From Anaeramoeba ignava BMAN (lineage: Eukaryota > Protista > Anaeramoebae), in the NCBI GenBank assembly GCA_028826165.1, contig JAPDFW010000056.1, positions 1 through 64,000 of the forward strand: a DNA stretch of 64,000 nt, given 5' to 3'. The translations under genes and the position numbers were made by a program. This document shows, one piece after another, positions 1-20,165 of the stretch. Each line of letters starts with the position of its first letter. Position 1 is the stretch's first letter. The notes beneath the pieces are model-generated. The model was not told where the DNA came from. It did not search any database and saw only the letters and a list, made by a program, of their open reading frames with translations.

Positions 1-2798
1 ATTTTAATTTCTGAATTTAATGTTAATCTTTTTGTTAAATAAAAATGAATTGAATTAAATTTTGATTTGAATAGAAATAAAAATTTTTGTTTATTTTATA
101 AATATTTTTATTTGGAAGAAAAATATATATATATATATATATTGTTATTATTATGTTAAATGAGTCTTAATTTATTGAAAAAAAAGAAAATTTTTCATTC
201 CTTTGGATAAAATATATATGTGGAAACTCAAATTTTCTATATTAAATTTATTTTCGAAACAAAAATGAAATCAAAAAGAAATTAATAAAATTTTTAATCT
301 TTTCCAAAAATTGAATTATTAAAAGAAATAGAAATTATAATAATTTTTATTTCAAAAATATTTTGAGATCTTAGTTCAAAATATATAATGAAAAATATTA
401 ATCAAATTATTATAATTTGGATAAAATATTTTATTGGATAAAAGAGATTAGTTTTTCTTGATAATCCTCAATTATTAAATTTGTTTTCTTTTAGAAAAAT
501 TTCAATATCTAAATTGAAAAATTTATATAAAAATTCTAATTTATTAACTAATGTAAAACTTAATATAGATCATTTAATTTTTATTTAATTATTTTTTTTT
601 AGATTTTTTTTAGATCAGGATAATAAGAGATTTATTGATTTTTTTTTAAGAAAGAGATTATTTTATTAAATTAAATAATATTTTATAATAATCAAAAAAA
701 AAATCAATTTTCATCTTTTGTTTTTTTTCTTGTTATTTAGATAATTTATAATTTACAAAAAAAAATTAAAGAAATGATATCTTCTTTTCTGAATAAAATT
801 AATGAATTTATTCCAGATATTTCCCTTTATAATATTCATAATTTGGATATTTATTTGATTAAAAATTATTTCATTTTAAGAAGTTTATTATTATTTTTCA
901 ATTCTTATAGGTAAATTTTTTAGTTTAATTAATATTCATTTTTTAACTGAAAATCAATTTGAGAAAATAACTGTAGATATTGGAAAAGAAATTTTAGTAA
1001 CTTTTGAATATAATTTAAATTACAATAGAAAATATAAGGAATTATTTGAAAAGTTTTATTTTTCAATAATTTAATAATAATTTATTTAGAAATTGATTTG
1101 ATGAATATTCAATTACAAATCATTTGTGATTTATCAAGAAAAGGTTTCAATATAAGAGAATTAATAATAATTTTTGAATATATAAAAACTGGAAAAAACA
1201 AAATTTTTTTTTGATTCAATTCATATTTTGAGGAAAGAATATTTTAAAGGAATAAATAAGAATATAAAGAATAAATCAATAATTTTACATCTAAATGGAA
1301 AGACAAAATATCAATTTCTTTAATTGTTAATGATAAGGATAGAAACTCAATTCAATCATTATTAGATAGTTAATCCAAATGTAAATTTAAACTGGATATA
1401 AATTATTATATTGAGAACATCAAAAAGAGGTTTATAAATAAAAATGGTTAAATTTTTTTTATGTTTACAGAAAATTATATCATCTCTTTATTCTTGAGTC
1501 TTTATACTGTTTAAATAAATAAATATTATTATAACTCTCTTAAATTTAAAAACAATTTTTTTTAACATCATTTATTATCATTATACATATTTAGAGTATG
1601 AGAAGTGTTTTTTTCTATACAAAATATTTTTAATCTCAATAAAAATTGATTATAAAATAACTAAAGAAATAATAACTGAAAATAGAATTTGATTTGATTC
1701 TTGAAGATTTTTCCATTTTTTTTTGTGTAATAATTTATCAATAAACTCTTGTAAAGAGAAAAAAATATTTATTTTTTCATTATAAAACAATATTTTTGTC
1801 AAATATAATTAATTTACTAAAACAATTCAAATTTCAATTTATAATAATTATTTTCAAAAAGGGAAAAAAAACCAAATGAAAAATTGAAGTTTTATAAAAA
1901 ATGAATTTTATTGTATTACAAGAGAGAAACCAAAAAAAATGTATAAAATTTGAAAAACAAAAACAAAAACAAAAACAAAATTTTACAAGAATAAATTTTT
2001 TGAATTAATTTTTGTTTAATTTTGAAGTTTTCAATAAAAAATATATATTAAATTAAATTAAATTAAATTAAATTAATAATTTTTTTTGATTAAATTGGAA
2101 AATATTATTTCAATTCCTTTTTGTTTTTTTTTTCTAAAATTATAAAATTAATAAATTAATAAATTTCTTTTCTTGATTTAATATCCAAAATTTTAAATAA
2201 AATAAAATAAAATAAAATAAAAAAAAAAAGAAAGAAGAATTTGAATTGAGAATAAAACAAAATTGAATTAAATTTGTAAATCTGAATAAAATAAAAACAA
2301 AATAAAAAAAAGAGAGAGGAATTATAATTAATTAATTAAATATTAATTTTAAATTTTTTCTTTTTCTTTTTTTCTTTTCAAATTTTTAAAGTTGAAAATT
2401 TTTAAAAAAAAATGAATTAAAATGAAAATATTTCTTTTTGGAAAATAATTGAATATTAAATTGAATTTGAAATTGAATTTATTTTTTTTGGATTAAAAGA
2501 AATTGAAATATAATAATCAAATAATAAATATAAATATTATTTTGATTTTTTTTTTTGGAATAAAAATTATAATTAAAATTATAATTAAAATTTATTTCTT
2601 TTTTTTTGATTATATTCTTATTAATTTTAAAAAAAAATTCAAAATTGTTTTGTTTTAATTAATAAAATAATTGAAATAAAAATATTGTTTTTGTTTATGT
2701 TTATGTTTATTTAAAAATGGAAATGAAATATCTTCTTATAAAATTAATATTAATATTTTGAAAAAGAAAATAAATTAATTAATTAATTAAAAACTTAC

Positions 2799-9950
<7,152 letters not shown>

Positions 9951-10009
9951 CTATTTTTATTTTTATTTTTATTTTTATGTTTTTGTTTTGATATTTTTAA
10001 ATTAATGAA

Positions 10010-11130
10010 TTTTTTAATTTGTGTTTTTTTAATAAATAAAATAAATTGAAATTAAATAATTTTAATAAATAATTTATAAATATTTTGATTATTTAAATAA
10101 TTTAGATAAATAATTTATGTGTAAAATAATAATTATAAATTTTTAATTTAATTATTTTTTATTTTTTAATTTTTTAATTTCTGTTTTTTTCCTTTTTTTT
10201 TAATAAATAAAATAAATTGAAATTAAATAATATTAATAAATAATTTATAAATATTTTGATTATTTAAATAATTTAAATAAATAATTTAAATAAATAATTT
10301 ATGTTTAAAATAATAATTTAATATTTTTAATTTAATAATTTTTTAATGTTTTTTTAATAAATAAAATAAATTGAAATTAAATAATTTTAATTAATAATTT
10401 ATAAATATTTTGATTATTTAAATAATTTAGATAAATAATTTATGTGTAAAATAATAATTATAAATTTTTAATTTAATTATTTTTTAATTTTTTAATTTGT
10501 TTTTTTTTTTTGTTCCTTTTTTTTTAATAAATAAAATAAATTAAAATTAAATAATATTAATAAATAATTTATAAATATTTTGATTATTTAAATAATTTAA
10601 ATAAATAATTTATGTGTAAAATAATAATTTAATATTTTTAATTTAATTATTTTTTAATTTTTTATTTTTTTTTTATTTGTTTTTCCTTTTTTTTAATAAA
10701 TAAAATAAATTGAAATTAATTAATATTAATAAATAATTTATAAATATTTTGATTATTTAGATAATTTAAATAAATAATTTATGTTTAAAATAATAATTAT
10801 AAATTTTTAATTTAATTATTTTTTAATTTTTTAATTTTTTAATTTGTTGCTTTTTTTTAATAAATAAAATAAATTGAAATTAAATAATATTAATAAATAA
10901 TTTATAAATATTTTGATTATTTAAATAATTTAGATAAATAATTTATGTGTAAAATAATAAATATAAATTTTTAATTTAATTATTTTTTAATTTTTTAATT
11001 TGTTTTTTTTGTTGCTTTTTTTTTAATAAATAAAATAAATTAAAATTAAATAATTTTAATAAATAATTTATAAATATTTTGATTATTTAAATAATTTAGA
11101 TAAATAATTTATGTGTAAAATAATAAATAT
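10010..11130. repeat. ~165-bp tandem repeat, ~7 copies (probable 5'UTR intron of the ankyrin gene)
   Basis: Unit TAATAAATAAAATAAATT(G/A)AAATT recurs at ~10030, 10201, 10354, 10526, 10694, 10858 and 11024. Confidence 0.85.
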
Positions 11131-11170
11131 AAATAAATTACTTTTATTTCTTTGTGTTTACTTTTGTGAA

Positions 11171-11196
11171 AAAAAAAATGAAAAAAAATGAAAAAT
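11171..11196 (-). promoter_or_regulatory. Tandem TCATTT initiator-like motif, putative TSS of the ankyrin gene
   Basis: Minus strand TTTTTCATTTTTTTTCATTTTTT, the same motif found upstream of nearly every gene in the window. It is followed by a GTAATT donor at 11141. Confidence 0.55.
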
Positions 11197-11399
11197 TTGT
11201 TTTTTTTATTTTTTTAATTAAAAAAAAGAAAAAAAAAAGAAATTAAAAAAGAAAATTTCTTATTTATTAAGTTTTGAATAAATTTCAAAACAAATTGTTT
11301 ATTTAATTTCTTTTTCAAAAATGAAATAAAATTAATAAAATTGTTCTTAATCATAATTTTGAATTTTTTTAACTAAATTTATTTATTTTTTCCAAATAA

Positions 11400-14300
11400 A
11401 AATCAATTAAAATATTTTTTTGAAAGGATTTATAAATAAATTAAATCTATTTAAATATTGAATTTCTTTCTATTTTTTTTTTGGAAAATAATTTAATAAT
11501 AATTTTTAAATCAAAACAATTCAATTCTATCTATTTTTTTTTTGGAATTTAAATATTAATTCTATCTATTTTTTTTTGGAATTTAAATATTAATTCTATT
11601 AACAAAAAAGAAATTTTTGAATATTTTATATTTTGTAATAAAAAATCAAGAAATATTTCTTTTTTTGGAAATGTTTTGATTTGAGTTTGAGGTTTATAAA
11701 GGAAATAAATTTGGAAATTTTGTTGAATAAAAAAAAGGAATGAATGAATAAATAATAAATAGTTTTTTCAAAGTTATTCAAAAGTAGAATTAAATAAAAT
11801 CTTCCAAAATTTGAAGATAAATATTTTAAAGAAGATTTGTTGAGTATTTATATAATAATTGATTTATCTCTATAATATTTGTGAATTTGGAAATATTTTG
11901 AAATCAAATTTGTTTTGGATTATATTTTGGATTAAGTAAATGAACAGATATCATGTTTTTAAAAAGAATTTTGAATATTTCTTGATTAAATTGATTTAAA
12001 TAATAAATTCAATAAGAGTTAGAATTTTGATATTTATATCATTTTCCAATATTTAAGTAAAGAGAATTGAAATTTAAAAGTGATTTGGGTTTTGAAGATT
12101 ATTTTCATTTGTTTCATTTTGTTTTTCCAATAAGGATTTAATTTCTCAATTTTAAAGGAGTTGGAATTTATAAATAATTTTTTTTTGTTGTTAAATAATT
12201 AAGATTAATGAACAGAAATAACTTGTTATTGTTTAGAATTTTGTGAATTTAAATTGGATTTGAAATTGAATTTAATATTTTGAAAAAGAGTTTTCTTGTT
12301 TGATATTAATGGAAATCTCTTCAAAATGGAATGATTAATAAATATTTATGATTAGGAATTTTGTAATTTTATCAATTGTTTTGGAGAAATGAAGAATAAT
12401 TTTGTAATAATTAAATTAAATTAAATTAAATTAAATTTATTGATAAAATTGAGTTCTATCTGTTATATTTTTTGAATAGATTAAATAGAAGTATATTTCC
12501 TTGAAATAAATAAAGAATTTGTGAATATTATTGAAATTATTAAGAAATGTATTTTCAATTCAATTCAATTCAATTTAATATTCTTTTTTTCTTGAAGAAA
12601 ATAATTGAATAATAATTTTGAAATGGAAATAAATAATATTCTGGAAACTGGAAATATTTCTAAAGAAAGGATATATAAATTATTCAAAAATGTTGTTGAA
12701 TTTTGTTAATTTTGTTTTAGAATATAAAAAGTTGTAATTAATCATCAATTTCAAAATATTTGTGGAAAATATTCTTTTTGTGTGTGTATTGAATAATTGA
12801 TATTTACAAATAAAAGGGAGAAATATTTTGTGAAGATTTGTGAAAATAAGTATTCATTGATATCAGTAATTTTTTATTCAAAAAAAAAATCTTTAAGAAA
12901 TATATTTTGATTTTATCTTTTTTTTCAGTTTCAAGAAAATGGAAAAAAAATTCCCATAATTTCAATATTTGGTTAATTGTTTATTTGTGATATTTTGATT
13001 CAAGAAAGAAATAAATAAATATCCAAATTATTATTTTAAGTTATTGAATATATGTATCAAGTGTTTCCAATGAAAAAGTAAATTGAAGATGTTGAAATAA
13101 TTTTCATAAATTCTTGAAATAATAAAAATGGAAATAAGTATTTCTGTTTATGGATTAAATTGTTGAATATATATAAGATAGATATTTTTGTTGTTGATAA
13201 TAATTCAAATTCTTCTTTCTTTTCATAATATAAATAAAATAAAATAATCTTGAAAAATTGTGAGATTTGAGAAATATTGATTAAATTGGAAGAAAATATT
13301 TCTGTAATGATGTAAACAGTTAGAAAGTTTGTTTTTGAAGGGAAATGAATGAAAATTGTTGTATATTCAATATTAAAAGATCAAATAAGTGTTGAAATAT
13401 TTTGGAAATCAAGAATATTTTCTTTTCTTTTTATTGTAAATGTTTCAATTTGTGGATTATCTCTTAATTGTTATTTATTTTTTCTTAATAGAAAAATCTA
13501 TATCAAATAAAATTCTTTCTTTCTTTCTTTCTTCTTTTAAATTTCTTTTTAAAATATTCATTAATGTTAAATATCAATACTTTTCATTTAGTTCAAATAT
13601 TAAAATGAATTCTGTAATAAGATCTATAAAAAAACAAGAGAAACAAATAAGAATTAATAAAATATTTCATGTGTTAATTATAGATTTTTAAGGAAATATT
13701 TTGGTTATTAATTTAATTACACAAATTTCTTCTTCTTCTTCTTCTTCTTTTTTTCGAATAAGAAATAACATTAAAAGGAGAATATAAAGGTTTTTCTTTA
13801 TAATATCAATAAATAGATTATGAAAATACAGTAAAGTTGTTATTGTTTGTTTTATGTTAAATTCTTTTTTTGATTGTGAAATGTAAAATTGTTTTAAAAT
13901 ATCCATTTTAAGTTCTTTTTCTTTTTCTTCTGTAAAATATTCCATAATAATATTTGGTTTCATCTTGATATTTGATTTATTGATTTCAAATTTTTTTTCA
14001 ATTAGATTCAATCTATTTTCTTTGTGTTTCTATTCAAAGATTCTGTTTTAATATCAAATTTATCAAGTGAAATATATATTTTTTTATTGTATTATTTTTG
14101 AATTGAGAAAAGAGATATAATGTTATTGATGAATTTTTTTTTTGGTTTAATACAAAGGTAAAAACTTGAATATTTATCAATTTGATTTCCTTTTTCTTTT
14201 ATTATTATTTTTTTTGTTTTTCCAATTAAATTTTCATAATCAAAATTAATGTAAATTTGATTTGATTTCTTTTAAATATTATGAAGAGATATATTTATTT

Positions 14301-14810
14301 TGTTGATTATAATTTTGTTTGAATTTCATTTCAATTTGTAAATAATTTGATAATTTAAATTATTTGTGTTTTGATGGTTGAAATTTATTGTTAGATTTTT
14401 TTTTTGTAGAAAATGTATCAATTTTGATTTTTTGATTTGGGAATTTTGTTTCATAATTTTATTCAATTAATATAATAAGTTTCATTTTCAAAATTATTTT
14501 TTTTTTGAATATAAGGAAATATTTTATAAAATTTTGAGAGTTTTTATTTGATAAATTATATTTTATTCCCTTTTTTAAATAAATAAATAAATTATTTTGG
14601 AATTTGAATTAAAAAAATTTAAATCAAATAAAATAATTTACTATTGAATAATAATAATCTTCTTCAATTTTCTAAATTGTTTTAATAATTATTTCTTGAA
14701 TAAAATCATCAATTTCAAATCATTTTTAAAGCAAAAAAATTTGAAATTTTCTTTAATAATAATATCTAAATATTTCTTCATTTTTAATTTCTTCATTATT
14801 AATTTTAACA
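11400..14810 (-). pseudogene. Decayed protein-coding-like sequence, identity not recognised
   Basis: Non-repetitive, codon-like tracts (e.g. KINNEEIKNEEIFRYYY*...FEIDDFIQEIIIK and ORF 13688-14011) broken by many stops and frameshifts. Confidence 0.45.
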
Positions 14811-17800
14811 TATTTATATTTATTTTTAAATAAATTTTGAATTAATTTAGATAATAAATTATTTTTATAAATTATATAAATAAATTATTTTATATTTTAA
14901 TTTTAATTTTTATTATTTAATTTTTTGATTAAATTTATATTAAAAATATTTAAAATATTTTATTAATTATTTAATCAGGAAAATAAATAATAAAATTATA
15001 TTTTATATTATTAATTTATTTCAAAATAATTTATAATTTAAAATTAATTAAATATTATTATTTAATATTATTTAATATTATTTTATTTTTTTTAGAAATA
15101 AAATTAATTAAATTTAATTTTTTTGATTTAAATTTATATTTATTTTTAAATCAATTTTGAATTAACTTAGATAATAAAATCTTTTTATAAATTATCTAAA
15201 TAAATTATTTTACATTTTAATTTTTATTTTAATTATTTAATTTTTGATTAAATTTATATTAAAAATATTTAAATTATTTTATTAATTATTTAATCAGGAA
15301 ATTAATAATAAAATTATATTTTATATTATTAATTTATTTCAAATTAATTTATACTTTAAATTTAATTAAATATTATTATTTAAAATTATTTAAAATTATT
15401 TAAAATTATTTTATTTTTGGAAATAAAATTAATTAAATTTAATTTTTTTGATTTAAATTTATATTTATTTTTAAATCAATTTTGAATTAATTTAGATAAT
15501 AAAATCTTTTTATAAATTATATAAATAAATTATTTTATATTTTAATTTTAATTTTAATTATTTAATTTTTGATTAAATTTATATTAAAAATGTTTAAATT
15601 ATTTTATTAATTATTTAATAAGTGAAATAAATAATAAAATTATATTTTATATTATTAATTTATTTCAAAATAATTTATACTTTAAATTTAATTAAATATT
15701 ATTATTTAATATTATTTAAAATTATTTTATTTTTTTGGAAATAAAATTAATTAAATTTAATTTTTTTTGATTTAAATTTATATTTATTTTTAAATCAATT
15801 TTGAATTAATTTAGATAATAAATTCTTTTTATAAATTATATAAATAAATTATTTTACATTTTAATTAACATTTTCTCTTTATTTTTTTTTATAATTTTGT
15901 TTTTGAAATTTTTATTTGATTTTTCTTTTTATTTTTCTTTTTATTTTTAATTTAGAAAAAAAACAAAAAAAATGAAAAAAAATGAATAAAAGTTTTAAAA
16001 TCATTTCTTGATTAATTTTATTGCAAAATAATAAATTAATTATAATTAAAAATTAAGTAAAATAATAAATAAAATATTTTAATTAAATTTATTTCTTTAT
16101 TTTTAATAATATTAATTTAATATTAATAATAAATTCTTTTTTAAAATCATTTCTTAATTAATTTTATTGCAAAATAGTAAATAAATTATAATTAAAAATT
16201 AAATAAAATAATAAATAAAATATTTTAATCAAATTTATTTCTTTGATTTTTAATAATAATAATTTAATATTAATAATAAATCCTTTTTAAAATCATTTCT
16301 TAATTAATTTTATTGCAAAATAATAAATTAATTATTATTAAAAATTAAATAAAATTTTTATCTAATTTTTGTTTCAAATTTATTTCTTTATTTTTAATAA
16401 TATTTATTTAATATTAATAATAAATTCTTTTTTAAAATCATTTCTTAATTAATTTTATTACAAAATAATAAATTAATTATTATTAAAAATTAAATAAAAT
16501 AATAAATAAAATATTTTAATTAAATTTATTTCTTTATTTTTAATAATATTAATTTAATATTAATAATAAATTCTTTTTAAAATCATTTCTTAATTAATTT
16601 TATTGCAAAATAATAAATTAATTATAATTAAAAATTAAGTAAAATTTTTATCTAATTTTTGTTTCAGATTTAAATTTATTTTTAAATCAATTTTGAATTA
16701 ATTTAGATAACAAATTCTTTTTATAAATTATATAAATAAATTATTTTACAATTTAATTTTGATTTTTATTATTTAATTTTTTGATTAAATTTATATTAAA
16801 ATTGATTAAATTATTTTATTAATTATTTAATAAGGAAAATTAATAATAAAATTATATTTTATATTATTAATTTATTTCAAAATAATTTATACTTTAAAAT
16901 TAATTAAATATTATTATTTAAAATTATTTTAAATTATTTTATTTTTTGGTAAAATTAATTAAATTTATTTTTGATTTAAATTTATATTTATTTTTAAATC
17001 TATTTTGAATTAATTTAGATAATAAATCCTTTTTATAAATTATATAAATAAATTATTTTACATTTTAATTTTAATTTTTATTATTTAATTTTTGATTAAA
17101 TTTATATTAAAATTGTTTAAATTATTTTATTAATTATTTAATAATGAAAATAAATAAAATTATATTTTATATTATTAATTTATTTCAAAATAATTTATAT
17201 TTTAAAATTAATTAAATATTATTATTTAAATTTATTTAAAATTATTTTATTTTTTTGGAAATAAAATTAATTAAATTTATTTTTGATTTAAATTTATATT
17301 TATTTTTAAATCAATTTTGAATTAATTTAGATAATAAAATCTTTTTATAAATTATATAAATAAATTATTTTACAATTTAATTTTAATTTTAATTATTTAA
17401 TTTTTGATTAAATTTATATTAAAAATGTTTAAATTATTTTATTAATTATTTAATAAGGAAAATGAATAATAAAATTATATTTTATATTATTAATTTATTT
17501 CAAAATTAATTTATACTTTAAATTTAATTAAATATTATTATTTAAAATTATTTAAAATTATTTAAAATTATTTTATTTTTTTTGGAAATAAAATTAATTA
17601 AATTTAATTTTTGATTTAAATTTATATTTATTTTTAAATCAATTTTGAATTAATTTAGATAATAAATCCTTTTTATAAATTATATAAATAAATTATTTTT
17701 ATTTTAATTAACATTTTCTCTTTATTTTTATAATTTTGTTTTTGAATTTTTATTTGATTTTTTTTTTCTTTTTATTTTTAATTTAGAAAAAACAAAAATG

Positions 17801-20160
17801 AAAAATGAATAAAAGTTTTAAAATCATTTCTTGATTAATTTTTATTAAAAAATAATAAATAAATTATAATTAAAAATTTAAAATAATAAATAAAATATTT
17901 TAATTAATTTTATTTCTTTAATATTGATTTAATATTAATAATAAATTCTTTTTAAAATCATTTTTGATTAATTTTATTGCAAAATAGTAAATAAATTATA
18001 ATTAAAAATTAAGTAAAATAATAAATAAAATATTTTAATCAAATTTATTTCTTGATTTTTAATAATATTTATTTAATATTAATAATAAATTCTTTTTAAA
18101 ATCATTTCTTAATTAATTTTTTTATTGCAAAATAATAAATTAATTATTATTAAAAATTAAATAAAATTTTTATCTAATTTTTGTTTTAAATTTATTTCTT
18201 TATTTTTAATAATATTTATTTAATATTAATAATAAATTCTTTTTAAATCATTTCTTAATTAATTTTATTACAAAATAGTAAATTAATTATTATTAAAAAT
18301 TAAGTAAAATAATAAATAAAATATTTTAATCAAATTTATTTCTTTATTTTTAATAATATTAATTTAATATTTAATAAATTCTTTTTAAAATCATTTCTTA
18401 ATTAATTTTTTGCAAAATAATAAATTAATTATAATTAAAAATTAAGCAAATTTTTATCTAATTTTTGTTTCAGATTTAAATTTATTTTTAAATCAATTTT
18501 GAATTAATTTAGATAACAAATTCTTTTTATAAATTATATAAATAAATTATTTTACAATTTAATTTTGATTTTTATTATTTAATTTTTGATTAAATTTATA
18601 TTAAAATTGATTAAATTATTTTATTAATTATTTAATAAGGAAATTAATAATAAAATTATATTTTATATTATTAATTTATTTCAAAATAATTTATACTTTA
18701 AAATTAATTAAATATTATTATTTAAAATTATTTTAAATTATTTTATTTTTTTGGAAATAAAATTAATTAAATTTATTTTTGATTTAAATTTATATTTATT
18801 TTTAAATCTATTTTGAATTAATTTAGATAATAAATCCTTTTTATAAATTATATAAATAAATTATTTTACATTTTAATTTTAATTTTTATTATTTAATTTT
18901 TGATTAAATTTATATTAAAATTGTTTAAATTATTTTATTAATTATTTAATAATGAAAATAAATAATAAAATTATATTTTATATTATTAATTTATTTCAAA
19001 ATAATTTATATTTTAAAATTAATTAAATATTATTATTTAAATTTATTTAAAATTATTTTATTTTTGGAAATAAAATTAATTAAATTTATTTTTGATTTAA
19101 ATTTATATTTATTTTTAAATCAATTTTGAATTGATTTAGATAATAAAATCTTTTTATAAATTATATAAATAAATTATTTTACAATTTAATTTTAATTTTA
19201 ATTATTTAATTTTTGATTAAATTTATATTAAAATTGTTTAAATTATTTTATTAATTATTTAATAAGGAAAATGAATAATAAAATCATATTTTATATTATT
19301 AATTTATTTCAAATTAATTTATACTTTAAAATTAATTAAATATTATTATTTAAATTTATTTAAATTTATTTTATTTTTGGAAATAAAATTAATTAAATTT
19401 AATTTTTGATTTAAATTTATATTTATTTTTAAATCAATTTTGAATTAATTTAGATAATAAATCCTTTTTATAAATTATATAAATAAATTATTTTACATTT
19501 TAATTAACATTTTCTCTTTATTTTTTTTTATAATTTTGTTTTTAAAATTTTTATTTGATTTTTTCTTTTTATTTTCTTTTTATTTTTTTAATTTAGAAAA
19601 AAAAACAAAAAAAAATGAAAAAAAATGAATAAAAGTTTTAAAATCATTTCTTGATTAATTTTATTGCAAAATAATAAATAAATTATAATTAAAAATTAAA
19701 TAAAATAATAAATAAAATATTTTAATTAATTTTATTTCTTTATTTTTAATAATATTGATTTAATATTAATAATAAATTCTTTTTAAAATCATTTTTTGAT
19801 TAATTTTATTGCAAAATAGTAAATAAATTATAATTAAAAATTAAATAAAATAATAAATAAAATATTTTAATCAAATTTATTTCTTGATTTTTAATAATAT
19901 TAATTTAATATTAATAATAAATTCTTTTTAAAATCATTTCTTAATTAATTTTATTGCAAAATAATAAATTAATTATAATTAAAAATTAAATTAAATTTTT
20001 ATCTAATTTTTGTTTCAAATTTATTTCTTTATTTTTAATAATATTGATTTAATATTAATAATAAATTCTTTTTTTAAATCATTTATTGACTAATTTAATA
20101 TTAATAATAAAAAAGTTTTGGAATCATTTCTTGATTAAAATTATTAAAAATTTCTTTTAA
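14810..20160. repeat. Higher-order tandem repeat: 3 x ~1.8 kb [~320-bp unit x3-4, unique spacer, ~145-bp unit x4-5]
   Basis: The spacer TTAATTAACATTTTCTC...AAAATGAAAA..TGAATAAAAG recurs at ~15860, ~17705 and ~19500. Units A and B repeat between the spacers. Confidence 0.9.
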
Positions 20161-20165
20161 ATTTT

